This document shows positions 1 to 10,204 of a stretch of DNA of 53,083 bases, piece by piece. Where the stretch lies: sequence record SRR31156797_511. One strand, given 5' to 3'. Position numbers and translations under genes: made by a program. The notes beneath the pieces were generated by a model, which saw only the letters and a list, made by a program, of their open reading frames with translations, ran no database searches and was not told where the DNA came from. How positions within the stretch are numbered: the stretch's first letter is position 1; each line of letters starts with the position of its first letter.

Positions 1-118
1 AAAAAGGGTTTAAGAATCCCAAAACTTTTTGATATGCTTCGCAGCGCTGTATGTTAAATCAGCATAAATTTTAGACGAACCCTGCCATTTCAATAATTAA
101 ACATTTATGTTAAGAATG

Positions 119-158
119 CCCGGATGTCTTGGTGAGACATTCGGGGTTTATTTTTTTT
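119..158 (+). terminator. Rho-independent terminator of a gene upstream of the window
   Basis: CCCGGATGTCT-TGGTG-AGACATTCGGG stem followed by a T-rich tract. Confidence 0.65.
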
Positions 159-262
159 ACGACTTAGCAAGTTAGAACATTACTTCCGTTTGATTGCGAG
201 CAGACGGAATGCGGGAAACGTTTACTGTATCGGCAAACACAGCAGTTCCCGGAAGGATTTAC

Positions 263-2326
263 ATGTCCCTATTCAAGGAAGGACGTTACGTAGCGCCCGG
301 AAATATTGTAGAATTCATGCATGGCAACCAGCCTCAGCTAGCATTTGTCATGGAAGAGCAATCCGGCAAGCTCAAGCTCTACACCATTAACAAACGCGAA
401 ACCAAGATGCCCGCAGCGCGGGTACTTCCTTGGATCGGGCCGCAATATTCAGCTTCGGCTTCCCGGCAGGAAATGCTGGACTACATGGTCGCCCATCAGG
501 AAAAACGAGGCGAGCTTCAAGCCGGGCTTGATACCATGGAAATATGGGAGCTAGCTCAGGGAGAAGTTGAAAAGGCACCACTGAACTGGTTCGCAGGACT
601 TCTCTGGGAAAAGCCGGATGCCGATCAGGTCTCGGCCCTCGGCAGGGCCATGATCGCGGCCAAAACCCATTTCAAATTTCAGCCACCCGAATTTGTTATC
701 TACACTCAGGAAAAGGTAGAACTCCGCCTTCAGCAGCAGGCTGAAGAAAAGGCTCATGAAGAAATAATGAGTGTCGGCCAAGATTTATTTAAAAAAATCT
801 GGACTGCTCGCGAATGCGGAGGGAAGATCAGACCGGACCAGATTCCATCCATGTCCGATGAAATTGCCGAAGGTCTCAAATCTTTCCTTATGGACCGCAT
901 CTCAGGGCTAAACGAAGATAAGTCTAACAAGATGTGGTCTGCTTTACGTAAAGGACTGCCCGACCATCCTCACCTGCCGTTACTGCTGGCTCAAGGCTGG
1001 GGGATAGTCCATCCGCATCACAACTACCTGCTGGACGAAGCAGAGTACGTTTTTGACGACAGCTGGTCCGCTGAGCACAGTGAAGAAGTAGACAGCCAAG
1101 TCAAGGCTGTGGAAACTAAAGCAGGCGATCCCTGCCCTCTGCCTATGCGCAGCATTGATTCCGCTACGACCAAAGATATTGATGATGCCTTCAACCTCAA
1201 GAGACGTGAAGACGGTGGATATACCCTGACCATCGCTCTTGCCCGCCCCTGTATGGATTGGAATTTCGGATCCGATCTGGATCAGGCGGTCATGAACCGA
1301 GGAACCAGTGTTTATCTGCCCGAAGGCACCACCCACATGATGCCAGAGGCTCTCGGCATCGGGGCATTCAGCCTTTTTGCCGGGGAAGTTCGTCCGGCCC
1401 TGATCACAACTTTCGAACTTGATGAGCACGGACTCCTGCAATCGGTTACCCCTCATAACGGCTGGGTAAAAATAACCGATAACTCCACCTATCTCGCCGT
1501 TGAGCAGATGTTGGAAGAAGGCAGCGATGATGAAATGGCACTTGCTTTTGAACTTTCTGAAAAACTATTACAGGAACGCATCAAGCACGGGGCAATAGTC
1601 ATCCGCAGACCCGAGCCGGAACTTTCCCTTAAAGGCTGGCCGCAGCAAACCAAAGTTATCATGTCTTCCAAGGAGAAGACCACGCGCGCGGACCAGATTA
1701 TCAGCGAATTCATGATTCTCGCTAACTCCGGGCTGGGCAAGTTCGCTGAAGAAAATGATTTCCCTCTGCTTTACCGCACTCAGGACATAGCATTACCCTC
1801 TGATCTGAGCGGAATTATTACCGAACCTCACGAAATTTACATGCGGGTACGCCAGATGGTGCCCCCGCAAATGGATACCACTCCTAAAAAGCACGCAACG
1901 CTGGCTGTCACCGGATACAGCCCTATTACTTCGCCCCTGCGCCGATACGCAGACTTCATCAATATGGCACAGCTTTGCCACTATCTTGTAGAAGGCCAGC
2001 CGAAATGGGATGCTGACGGGCTGAAATCACTTGCCGAAAACCTGCAGCTCCGTCTGCAATCGGTCATTAAAATTCAACGGTTCAGACCCCGTTACTGGAA
2101 GCTTCTCTATCTGGCCCAGAATAGAAAAGGCTGGCACCATGCGGTTGTGGTGGACGACAACGGTCCCCTTGCCACACTGGCAATGCCTGAAATCCAGATA
2201 AATGTAAGGGTTCCCCGACCCATGCTTGGAGACAAGCTTTATCCCGGACAAGGTTTTCAGATCCGCTTCAACAAAATAGATCCGCTGACAAATGAACTGC
2301 GGGTTGTTGAAGCTATGGAAGAATAG
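263..2326 (+). CDS. RNase II/RNB-family exoribonuclease
   Basis: Catalytic SIDSATTKDIDDAF and ITSPLRRYAD motifs; start moved to ATG 263 behind GGAAGGA RBS. Confidence 0.9.
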   Translation: MSLFKEGRYVAPGNIVEFMHGNQPQLAFVMEEQSGKLKLYTINKRETKMPAARVLPWIGPQYSASASRQEMLDYMVAHQEKRGELQAGLDTMEIWELAQGEVEKAPLNWFAGLLWEKPDADQVSALGRAMIAAKTHFKFQPPEFVIYTQEKVELRLQQQAEEKAHEEIMSVGQDLFKKIWTARECGGKIRPDQIPSMSDEIAEGLKSFLMDRISGLNEDKSNKMWSALRKGLPDHPHLPLLLAQGWGIVHPHHNYLLDEAEYVFDDSWSAEHSEEVDSQVKAVETKAGDPCPLPMRSIDSATTKDIDDAFNLKRREDGGYTLTIALARPCMDWNFGSDLDQAVMNRGTSVYLPEGTTHMMPEALGIGAFSLFAGEVRPALITTFELDEHGLLQSVTPHNGWVKITDNSTYLAVEQMLEEGSDDEMALAFELSEKLLQERIKHGAIVIRRPEPELSLKGWPQQTKVIMSSKEKTTRADQIISEFMILANSGLGKFAEENDFPLLYRTQDIALPSDLSGIITEPHEIYMRVRQMVPPQMDTTPKKHATLAVTGYSPITSPLRRYADFINMAQLCHYLVEGQPKWDADGLKSLAENLQLRLQSVIKIQRFRPRYWKLLYLAQNRKGWHHAVVVDDNGPLATLAMPEIQINVRVPRPMLGDKLYPGQGFQIRFNKIDPLTNELRVVEAMEE

Positions 2327-2534
2327 ATTGCAAGGAGAGGAAACGCTTATTTCCGGCTGTTATTTTAGCTGGAATTAGCATATATGTAGTTTCGGTTTTT
2401 AAGGCTGCAAGAGGCCTTACCAACCGTCATCAAACGGAAACTTACAGGCTGCCCGGCCCATCCCGCAAAGGGGAAAGCAACGGGAGGATACTCCGGCAGA
2501 CCTGAAACGGAAAAATACTTAAAGGAGTTAGCGC

Positions 2535-3122
2535 ATGCTCTGGATCTTCTGGCTGGTTTTCGCCTATTTTCTGGGATCAATTCCCTTCGGACTTTTCATC
2601 GGTAAAATTTGCTGTAACTGCGATATCCGCACCGAAGGCAGCAAAAGCACCGGAGCCACGAATGTAGCCCGCCTCTGCGGATTCAAGTACGGCGTAGCAG
2701 CACTTATTCTTGATGTTGCCAAGGGCTTTGTTCCCGTACTCATGGCCTACCAGTACAGCCATAACTGGATTTTCATCTCTCTCGTGGCTGCAGCGGCCGT
2801 AATCGGACACGTATTCTCCATTTTTATGGACATGAAAGGCGGCAAGGCTGTTGCCACCACTATCGGCGTATTTCTGGCACTGGCTCCGGTAGCGACAATC
2901 TACTCCATCATCTTTCTGCTGGCAGTGATTGCTCTTTCCGGTTTCGTCTCCATGGGGTCGCTCACCTTTGCAGTAGCCCTGCCTTTCTTCTCTCTAGTAA
3001 CAGGCTCCATCGGTATGGTTCCGCTGGCTTGCGGTATGACCGTACTTCTGTTCTGGACCCACCGGGAAAACATCAGGCGTCTTGCTAAAGGCCAAGAAAA
3101 TTCTTGGAAGAAAAAGAAATAG
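2535..3122 (+). CDS. plsY: Glycerol-3-phosphate acyltransferase
   Basis: YFLGSIPFG, GSKSTGATNVAR and KGGKAVAT motifs; AAGGAG RBS. Confidence 0.95.
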   Translation: MLWIFWLVFAYFLGSIPFGLFIGKICCNCDIRTEGSKSTGATNVARLCGFKYGVAALILDVAKGFVPVLMAYQYSHNWIFISLVAAAAVIGHVFSIFMDMKGGKAVATTIGVFLALAPVATIYSIIFLLAVIALSGFVSMGSLTFAVALPFFSLVTGSIGMVPLACGMTVLLFWTHRENIRRLAKGQENSWKKKK

Positions 3123-3130
3123 TACAAATA

Positions 3131-3163
3131 AAAAAGGGGAGCCGCTTAGCTCCCCTTTTTTAT
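3131..3163. terminator. Bidirectional terminator
   Basis: AAAAAGGGGAGC-CGCTTA-GCTCCCCTTTTT between convergent genes. Confidence 0.85.
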
Positions 3164-3166
3164 TAC

Positions 3167-4738
3167 TTAAAAGTTGTCCTTATATTTTTCTCTGATCTCC
3201 ATAATCTTATCAAGATTATCAAAGAAAAGATCCACCAACCCCGGGTCAAACATGGTTTCCCTGTTTGATTTGAGAAATTCCAAGGCCCGATCAACTTCCC
3301 ACGACTGCTTGTAAATACGATCACTGCACAAAGCATCAAAAACATCAGTAATACAAATAATACGTCCAGCTATACTAATTTCATCGCCTTTCAATCCCTG
3401 CGGATAACCTGTGCCATCCCAATATTCATGATGTTCATGAGCAATGGTAGCCGCCGCCTTAAGCAATTTCCTGTTGCTAGCCCGAAGGATATTGTATCCA
3501 ATTTCTGTATGGCTACGCATGATTTCCATTTCTTCAGCACTAAGCTTTCCGGGTTTAAGCAGAATTGAATCAGGTATACCTATCTTGCCGACATCGTGCA
3601 TGGGCGACGCGTAATAAAGTTCATCTACCTGAACCGCATCAAGACCGACCGCCATACCCAGAATCCTGGCTATCTCAGAAACACGGATAACATGAAAGGC
3701 TGTTTCCTTGGAACGGAATTCCACAACTTCGCCGAGCATGCGCACAATTTCCTTCTGAGTATCCAGGATCTCCTGATTCAAATAAATGTTATCAAAAGCC
3801 ACACCTACGTTATCTGAAAAGATCTTGAGTAAATCTTCATCCTGCTCACTAAATTCATTTCCGCAATTTTCCACATAAAGCATGTGGGAGCCTTTCTGAT
3901 GAGTAGGCAGATAGCCAATGTAATCGTTATTCGCAAAACACCCACACCCTTTTTCACGCACCATCTCCAACTGCTCCTTGGTCCGCTCAGAGATAACGCT
4001 GCATTCTTCAATGGATGTGTTGCAAACGGAATACTTACCGGTTGAAGCAATAATCCTCATGTTTTCTTTGTCCGGACTGGAAACTGCAACCCCGTCTCCC
4101 TCCAGATAGACCGAATCCCGCAAACCGATCAACGAGATAACTTGTGTCAGCACGCCCTGCGCAAGGCGTCCCACCGACTGCTGCTGAAAAAGACTGCCGG
4201 AAGCTTCAATAATATGTTTTAAACCCTTACGGTTCTGCTCAATAACCTGAAGATCCCTGTAAGAACGAAGTGAAGAAAAAACTGATGTAAACAAGCGTTG
4301 GGCTGTCAGTTCGGCTTTATGCTTATAGTCGTTGATATCATATTCAACGATAACCTGCCGCTCAGGGGCCTGACCGGGCTGACCGGTACGCAGGATGATG
4401 CGAACCAGAGTATTCTTCATTTCCTCACGGATGGTCTTGACCAATTCCAATCCAGCATGGTTGGTTTCCATAACCACATCAAGAAGGATTACCGCCACAT
4501 CAGGATGTTCCTTCAGTACGGAAACTGCTTCCTCGGCGGAATACGCACTCAAAAAATCGAGTCCGGCACCTTCAAAGGAAAAATCATCGAGAACAAGACG
4601 GGTTGTGCTATGAACATCATCTTCGTCATCAACAATAAGAATCTTCCAACTCTTACCCTTCACTGCTCCGACTTCTTCAGGAGTCTCATCGGCAAAGAAA
4701 AGCTCATCATTATCAACCGGATTAGAACTATCTACCAT
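3167..4738 (-). CDS. Response regulator c-di-GMP phosphodiesterase (REC-DUF3369-HD-GYP)
   Basis: ILIVDD...LLDVVM receiver; MHDVGK and HHEYWDGTGYP motifs. Confidence 0.92.
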   Translation of the reverse strand: MVDSSNPVDNDELFFADETPEEVGAVKGKSWKILIVDDEDDVHSTTRLVLDDFSFEGAGLDFLSAYSAEEAVSVLKEHPDVAVILLDVVMETNHAGLELVKTIREEMKNTLVRIILRTGQPGQAPERQVIVEYDINDYKHKAELTAQRLFTSVFSSLRSYRDLQVIEQNRKGLKHIIEASGSLFQQQSVGRLAQGVLTQVISLIGLRDSVYLEGDGVAVSSPDKENMRIIASTGKYSVCNTSIEECSVISERTKEQLEMVREKGCGCFANNDYIGYLPTHQKGSHMLYVENCGNEFSEQDEDLLKIFSDNVGVAFDNIYLNQEILDTQKEIVRMLGEVVEFRSKETAFHVIRVSEIARILGMAVGLDAVQVDELYYASPMHDVGKIGIPDSILLKPGKLSAEEMEIMRSHTEIGYNILRASNRKLLKAAATIAHEHHEYWDGTGYPQGLKGDEISIAGRIICITDVFDALCSDRIYKQSWEVDRALEFLKSNRETMFDPGLVDLFFDNLDKIMEIREKYKDNF

Positions 4739-4758
4739 AAACTGACCTCACTTGAATC

Positions 4759-5913
4759 TCACAGAGGGATTTCCAACCGAAAAACAGCCCCACCTTGGTC
4801 CGAACAGGAAACATCTACGCCCCAGTTATAACCACTGGCAATTCTATTTACAATACTTAATCCCATTCCGACAGCTTCAGGGCGAGTCGTAAAGAAAGGA
4901 TCGAAAATATAAGGCAAATCATCGTTTGAAATACACTTTCCGTTATCAGAGACAACTAGTTTGCAGACATTGTCCTCAATCCTCGCTTCAATGCTGACAC
5001 GGGGCTGATTCTCATCCGCAAAAACAATAGCATTGGAAATAAGCTCAACCATAACCTTTGACAACAGATCCGGTCGGGAATCAATGTTCTGCGCCACAAA
5101 ATTTATATCAAAATGAACATCCCTACCGAGTTCATTTGCAATTCCCCTACAGACATCCACCGCCTTTTCTCCAACCTCCTTGATATCAGCACTGCAATGG
5201 TCGCAACGATCTATTGCCGCAAATTCAGACACACTATTGACAATATCTTCCAGTCTCGCAGTCTCGTGGGATATGGTTTCAAGATACTCTGCGGCCTCGG
5301 AATCCGGACCCAACTTACGGGAAGCAAGATTGGCAAAACCATTAATCGTCATGGTCCGGTTACGGATTTGGTGAGCCACGGACTTGGCCATCTGGGCCAG
5401 ACTCTCGCGATTAAGCTCAATCTTACGCAAATGGCGATAAGAACGCAGCGCCGTGGTCATGGATGTAGTCAGTCGTCTGGAAGTCAACTCCGCCTTCTGC
5501 CAGTAATCATTAATGTCCAGCTCGGTAATGACCTTGTGCTCCGGAGCGAATCCGGGCTGACCAGTTCGCAGAATAATCCTGATAAACTGATTGTTCAGTT
5601 CACTCCTGATCCTGTGCGCAACATCTAGCCCCGCAGTGTTTGTCTCCATAACAACATCAAGTAGGACCACTGCAAAATTAGGATTAGACTTAAGTATCTC
5701 TAATGATTCTTCCCCAGAATGAGCACTTACAAACTCAAGAGGACGATCTTCGAACACAAAATCACCAAGGACCATTCTGGTCATGGAGTGAACATCCGGC
5801 TCGTCGTCAACAATAAGCACCATCCAAGGTTCAAGCTCATGAACTGTGGACTCTTCAGCTTCCTCACCGGAAAAAAGCAATTCATCATCTACGAACAGAT
5901 CATCACTATTCAT
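4759..5913 (-). CDS. Cytoplasmic hybrid histidine kinase (REC-HisKA-HATPase)
   Basis: N-terminal receiver; AHQIRN H-box; NAI, DNG, FDPFFTT and GMGL boxes; start taken at ATG 5913. Confidence 0.88.
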   Translation of the reverse strand: MNSDDLFVDDELLFSGEEAEESTVHELEPWMVLIVDDEPDVHSMTRMVLGDFVFEDRPLEFVSAHSGEESLEILKSNPNFAVVLLDVVMETNTAGLDVAHRIRSELNNQFIRIILRTGQPGFAPEHKVITELDINDYWQKAELTSRRLTTSMTTALRSYRHLRKIELNRESLAQMAKSVAHQIRNRTMTINGFANLASRKLGPDSEAAEYLETISHETARLEDIVNSVSEFAAIDRCDHCSADIKEVGEKAVDVCRGIANELGRDVHFDINFVAQNIDSRPDLLSKVMVELISNAIVFADENQPRVSIEARIEDNVCKLVVSDNGKCISNDDLPYIFDPFFTTRPEAVGMGLSIVNRIASGYNWGVDVSCSDQGGAVFRLEIPL

Positions 5914-6130
5914 GCAAATCCTCACGGAATAACCAAAAGTAATTAACCATCTTACCAGTAGATTATCTCAGATAAAGAAAAAATTAAACTGTATTATGAA
6001 CTTAATCGGCCATTTCTTTAATCTGTAACACACATTATACATTATTTTAAACAGATAGCTATTTTCACTTGAACATGAAGTCCATATAAACTAAGGTTTC
6101 GATAATATATACACACAGGGATGAATTGGA

Positions 6131-6388
6131 ATGACGGAATTACTTGTCGCATCAATTGCACTCATCATTTTTGCCTTCATTATTTACTCATCATACTCTG
6201 CACAAAATGCAAAATATGCCCAGAGGAAGAAGGCTTTCGAGTTGAAAGAACAACACATGGAAAAATCCATGGATAAAATTCGTTCTGAAATCAACTTGAT
6301 TGAAAAAGAAGTCGCTGAGACTCAGGAAAAAATTGATGATCTGGATATCGACTCAGTCGAAGCAGATGTTAATTCAAAGGAATCTTAA
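6131..6388 (+). CDS. Small membrane-anchored coiled-coil protein
   Basis: N-terminal hydrophobic helix then K/E-rich heptads; ATG start. Confidence 0.7.
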   Translation: MTELLVASIALIIFAFIIYSSYSAQNAKYAQRKKAFELKEQHMEKSMDKIRSEINLIEKEVAETQEKIDDLDIDSVEADVNSKES

Positions 6389-6420
6389 CTGCTTACACAG
6401 CACTGTAAGATATCAATACA

Positions 6421-6837
6421 ATGACATTTTCTATTATATTTGTCTTATTCGGAACAATAGCTACAACAGTTGCCTGCAAAACTATTAGCGGCAATTTTGA
6501 GCTTAAGAATGATGCATTGGCAAGAAAAGAGAAAAATCTGATCGAAGCACAAAAAGAACTGCAAAGCAAACGTAAAGAACTTTCCCGTAGACTGGAAGAC
6601 TTAAAATCGCTCCTAAAAGCCGGAATAAAAACTGAGGCAGCAGCTCAAAAAAAGAATGAAGAACCATCAGACCTCAAAAGCTGGCTAGTACAGAGTGGGA
6701 TACTGACAGAAGTCCAATTCCTTTCCGCTGAAATTTATGCCACGGAAAAAAATATAGCTGTAGTCGCTGCTCTTTTGACCCTGAACATGATTTCAATCGA
6801 AATGTACGAAGAAGCGAAGAAAATGAAACTTCTTTAG
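6421..6837 (+). CDS. Membrane-anchored coiled-coil protein
   Basis: Hydrophobic N-terminus, coiled coil, small C-terminal helical domain; ends at terminator. Confidence 0.7.
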   Translation: MTFSIIFVLFGTIATTVACKTISGNFELKNDALARKEKNLIEAQKELQSKRKELSRRLEDLKSLLKAGIKTEAAAQKKNEEPSDLKSWLVQSGILTEVQFLSAEIYATEKNIAVVAALLTLNMISIEMYEEAKKMKLL

Positions 6838-6842
6838 AAAAT

Positions 6843-6880
6843 AAAAAACCGCATTGGAAATCCAGTGCGGTTTTTCTTTT
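6843..6880. terminator. Bidirectional terminator
   Basis: AAAAAACCGCATTGG-AAAT-CCAGTGCGGTTTTT. Confidence 0.8.
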
Positions 6881-6896
6881 CCACTATTGAAAACGC

Positions 6897-7577
6897 TTAA
6901 AATTCATTCTTGTAAGTCTCGCCCCGGTGGACATGATACTTCAAGTCATATGTCTTTTTCAGATGCATAACCAAAGACTCAACAATATCATCATCAAGTT
7001 TCTGGACCCAGACAAATACTCGGCGAGACCCCTGTTCAACTCCTTCATAAGAAGTAAAAACAGTAGAAAGTCTTACGCCCCGTGCCCACATGTCACTTAA
7101 CAAATCTTCAAGGGCGCTCGCAGTATCCTCAAGCACAAAAGCAAATTGGGAACTGCCCTTACTTACTCCGGTTACAGTGGTCAGGAAGCGGTAGATATCT
7201 ACCTCGGTAACAATACCGACCAAACCAAATTCGTCTACAACAGGCAAGCCTCCGATTTTCTTCTCCAAAAGCATCTCGGCTGCAACTTCCATGCAGGTAT
7301 CCGGAGAAACGATGTACGGATCATGAGTCATAATGTCTTTGATCTTGAGCCCCATCAACCCGTCACTGTTTCCCGAGGCATTGTCTCCGGGCAAAAATTT
7401 GGAAGGCATTGCGTCACGCACATCTCTGTCGGAAACAATACCTACAACAAGGCCGGATGCCTCAGTTACCGGAATCTGCCTGATTCCGGCATCACGCATC
7501 ATTTCCATGGCGTCGATTATGGGTGCACCCGACATAAGGGTAAGCACCTCTTCTGTCATCCAATCCCCTACTAACAT
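6897..7577 (-). CDS. CBS-pair plus ACT-like protein (AcuB-like)
   Basis: MLVGDWMT start; two CBS repeats (IRQIPV...GIVSDRD; IGGLPVVD...GIVTEVD). Confidence 0.85.
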   Translation of the reverse strand: MLVGDWMTEEVLTLMSGAPIIDAMEMMRDAGIRQIPVTEASGLVVGIVSDRDVRDAMPSKFLPGDNASGNSDGLMGLKIKDIMTHDPYIVSPDTCMEVAAEMLLEKKIGGLPVVDEFGLVGIVTEVDIYRFLTTVTGVSKGSSQFAFVLEDTASALEDLLSDMWARGVRLSTVFTSYEGVEQGSRRVFVWVQKLDDDIVESLVMHLKKTYDLKYHVHRGETYKNEF

Positions 7578-7672
7578 TTCTTAACTCCTGAATCTCATCA
7601 TTAATCTTACGAAGAAGTTCGTATTGATCAGCAAAAAAGTCAAAGGTTAACTGCCATTCTCCAAAACGGAAG

Positions 7673-8422
7673 TTATAATTTCTGCCCATGAGCAAGAAAA
7701 ACCCTGTAGCTGGCTTTTATGCCTGATTCTCCCCTGTATAAATTTTCGTACTCTTCAACAAACCGGCTGTATTTTTCTCGCCCCCATGAGATGCTCTCAC
7801 TGGAAGCAACAGCTCCGGTCATCTTATGCTGCTTCAGGAAGTGTTTTACGGAAGGGAAGAACACCTCATGCTCCTCACTTGCGTAATCCACCTTTAGCCC
7901 TGACATACTGTCAAAAAGTTCCTTATAATAAGAGTATGGTTTAAGCTCCTTAACTGACCCAAACCCTGTCCTTGCGCTAACATCGGCCAGCTCCGCAAGA
8001 GTTCCGTGTGTAAAAATAGCTATGGCAAAGCGTCCACCGGACTTCAAAACTTCAAAACTGTGCGGTATGGATTTTTCCGGGGCGGCATACCATTGCATGG
8101 CAGATGAACTTACCAGCAAATCAAAACTTTTAGCCGCAAAAGGCAGTTCTTCACCGTCCGCAGCCACAAGAGACGCTCCGGAGTTCATCTGCTCCATAAG
8201 CATAGGCCGGACCAGATCAAGTGAAATATAACTACGATAAGAAATGCGTTGTCTTAGCTCATCGTGAAGAAAACCAACTCCCGAACCTATATCCAAAACA
8301 GTGCGAAATTCATTTTCCGGACAAAGAGCAGCACAATTTCGCGCAACTATACGCTGCACGGAAGCGGCCTTGCTATAGCTGGAAGCAGCTTTGCCGAAAC
8401 ATTGGCGAATCCTTTGTTTCAC
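7673..8422 (-). CDS. bioC: Malonyl-ACP O-methyltransferase
   Basis: F.KAA.SY...A.VQ N-terminus, VLDIGSGVG SAM motif, SSAMQW; downstream of bioF. Confidence 0.85.
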   Translation of the reverse strand: MKQRIRQCFGKAASSYSKAASVQRIVARNCAALCPENEFRTVLDIGSGVGFLHDELRQRISYRSYISLDLVRPMLMEQMNSGASLVAADGEELPFAAKSFDLLVSSSAMQWYAAPEKSIPHSFEVLKSGGRFAIAIFTHGTLAELADVSARTGFGSVKELKPYSYYKELFDSMSGLKVDYASEEHEVFFPSVKHFLKQHKMTGAVASSESISWGREKYSRFVEEYENLYRGESGIKASYRVFLAHGQKL

Positions 8423-8429
8423 GTAAATT

Positions 8430-9029
8430 CTATCCCTTGATGATACTCATTAATTGTGTTTCGGAAATTTTATGGCCACCGTCTATATTAAGGATTTCCG
8501 CCCCCTCAATTACTGCCATAATTTTTTCAAAAGCCTTACGCCGAACAATACGGTCCTTTGAGCCGTGAACCACGGTGCAGTTAGGTAAATTTAAAATTCC
8601 CTCCGGCTCAATCTTAGAAGCAATAAGATATTTAAGCCCGGCAATAAGGAATTCATGATCCGCCGGATCATATGCAGGAGGAGTTGTCTCACCACAGTTT
8701 TCATGAAAAGAACTGACCACCGCCGCAGGATCGCTCTCCATGCCGGCTATCATCCCCCGGACCAACCGCACAGGAAAAGAGTCGGTAAACGATAAAAAGG
8801 GAGCAATCAAGAGGACCTTTCCATATAATTCGAATAAATGGCGGCAATCCTTTAAAAGCATATGCGCCCCGGTGGACCAGCCCACCAGCACATCACCACC
8901 CTCACCGAGTAATTCCGGCAGTTCTTTCGGCTCAAAACCCGTAAACGGCACCAACAACCGCGCTGACTCAGACAATAAAGGATATTGCTGTGCAGAAGTT
9001 GCCCAGCCACCGACAAAAACAACATTCAT
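8430..9029 (-). CDS. Pimeloyl-ACP methyl ester esterase (BioH-like alpha/beta hydrolase)
   Basis: GWSTG nucleophile elbow, HGSKD and GGH; lies between bioF and bioC. Confidence 0.75.
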   Translation of the reverse strand: MNVVFVGGWATSAQQYPLLSESARLLVPFTGFEPKELPELLGEGGDVLVGWSTGAHMLLKDCRHLFELYGKVLLIAPFLSFTDSFPVRLVRGMIAGMESDPAAVVSSFHENCGETTPPAYDPADHEFLIAGLKYLIASKIEPEGILNLPNCTVVHGSKDRIVRRKAFEKIMAVIEGAEILNIDGGHKISETQLMSIIKG

Positions 9030-9031
9030 TA

Positions 9032-10204
9032 TTACAACTCCGCCTTCAATCCAGCAAAAGCATCCTTTATCTTCTGCAAATCAGCTTCAGTTAAATCAGC
9101 CCGCAGAGAAAGGCGTAGCCTTGCCGTCCCTTCCGGAACGGTTGGCGGACGAATGGCAGCAGCATAGACTCCCTTTTCAATGAGCCTGTCACGAGCCGCA
9201 AGAGCAGTTTCATTATCGCCGACAATCACCGGAATAATCTGGCTTTCGGACTGACCGCAATCAAATCCGCAAGACTCAATATACGTTTTCAGTTCCCGGC
9301 TCATACGCAGAAGTTTATCGCCGCGCGACGGGTCCTCGGCAACCAAACGTAAGGCGGCGAGATTCGCGCCGATAACAGCAGGCGGCAAGGCAGTGGAAAA
9401 AACAAAAGAGCGCCCTTTATTGCGGAGGTAGGAAATCAGTTCCTTACGCCCGGAGACAGCCCCGCCAAGCGAACCGAAACCTTTAGAAAAAGCCCCCATG
9501 TGTAAATCCACACGTCGGGCAAGCATTCGTTCGTGGGCAATCCCTTTTCCTGAACCGAAAACCCCTTCAGCATGAGCTTCGTCAATCACCAACATGGTAT
9601 TGTAAAAATCGCAAAGATCGGCAACCTCTTCCAGATAAGCAAGATCACCGTCCATGCTGAAAATCGTATCCGTGATCAGAAGTCTATCTTCCGCATCTTT
9701 TGCGGCTTCCATCCGTTTCTTCAAGTGGGCAACATCATTATGGCGATAACGGACCTGACGAGCACCGGACATCCGAATTCCATCCAATATGCTGGCATGG
9801 TTGAGTTTATCTGAAAAAACAACCGTCCGCCGTCCGGCAAAACTATCCATGATAGCAAGATTAGCAGCATAACCAGATGTGAAAAGCATGGAATCTTCCT
9901 GCTCCTTGAAAACAGCAAGTTCCCGCTCCAACTCATCATAAAGACGAAAATTACCAGTCACCAGCCGGGATGCAGCAGAACCGCAGCCATATTGATCCAC
10001 GGCTTTAATTGCTGCACGTGCAAGTCTTTGGTCATTAGCAAGTCCGAGATAATCATTGGAAGCAAGATTAAGCAGTCTTCTACCTTTGAAAACAAGTTCC
10101 TTATCCGCACCGCAATCCACTTCAGGGACCGTCCTGAGCAAAGAACTATTCTCAAGTTCAGCCAATTCGCCCTCAATACGGCGATAAAAACTCTTTGGAG
10201 TCAT
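9032..10204 (-). CDS. bioF: 8-amino-7-oxononanoate synthase
   Basis: NLASNDYLGL, LNHASILDG, DEAHA, FSKGFG and AIRPPTVP motifs; start taken at ATG 10204. Confidence 0.93.
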   Translation of the reverse strand: MTPKSFYRRIEGELAELENSSLLRTVPEVDCGADKELVFKGRRLLNLASNDYLGLANDQRLARAAIKAVDQYGCGSAASRLVTGNFRLYDELERELAVFKEQEDSMLFTSGYAANLAIMDSFAGRRTVVFSDKLNHASILDGIRMSGARQVRYRHNDVAHLKKRMEAAKDAEDRLLITDTIFSMDGDLAYLEEVADLCDFYNTMLVIDEAHAEGVFGSGKGIAHERMLARRVDLHMGAFSKGFGSLGGAVSGRKELISYLRNKGRSFVFSTALPPAVIGANLAALRLVAEDPSRGDKLLRMSRELKTYIESCGFDCGQSESQIIPVIVGDNETALAARDRLIEKGVYAAAIRPPTVPEGTARLRLSLRADLTEADLQKIKDAFAGLKAEL

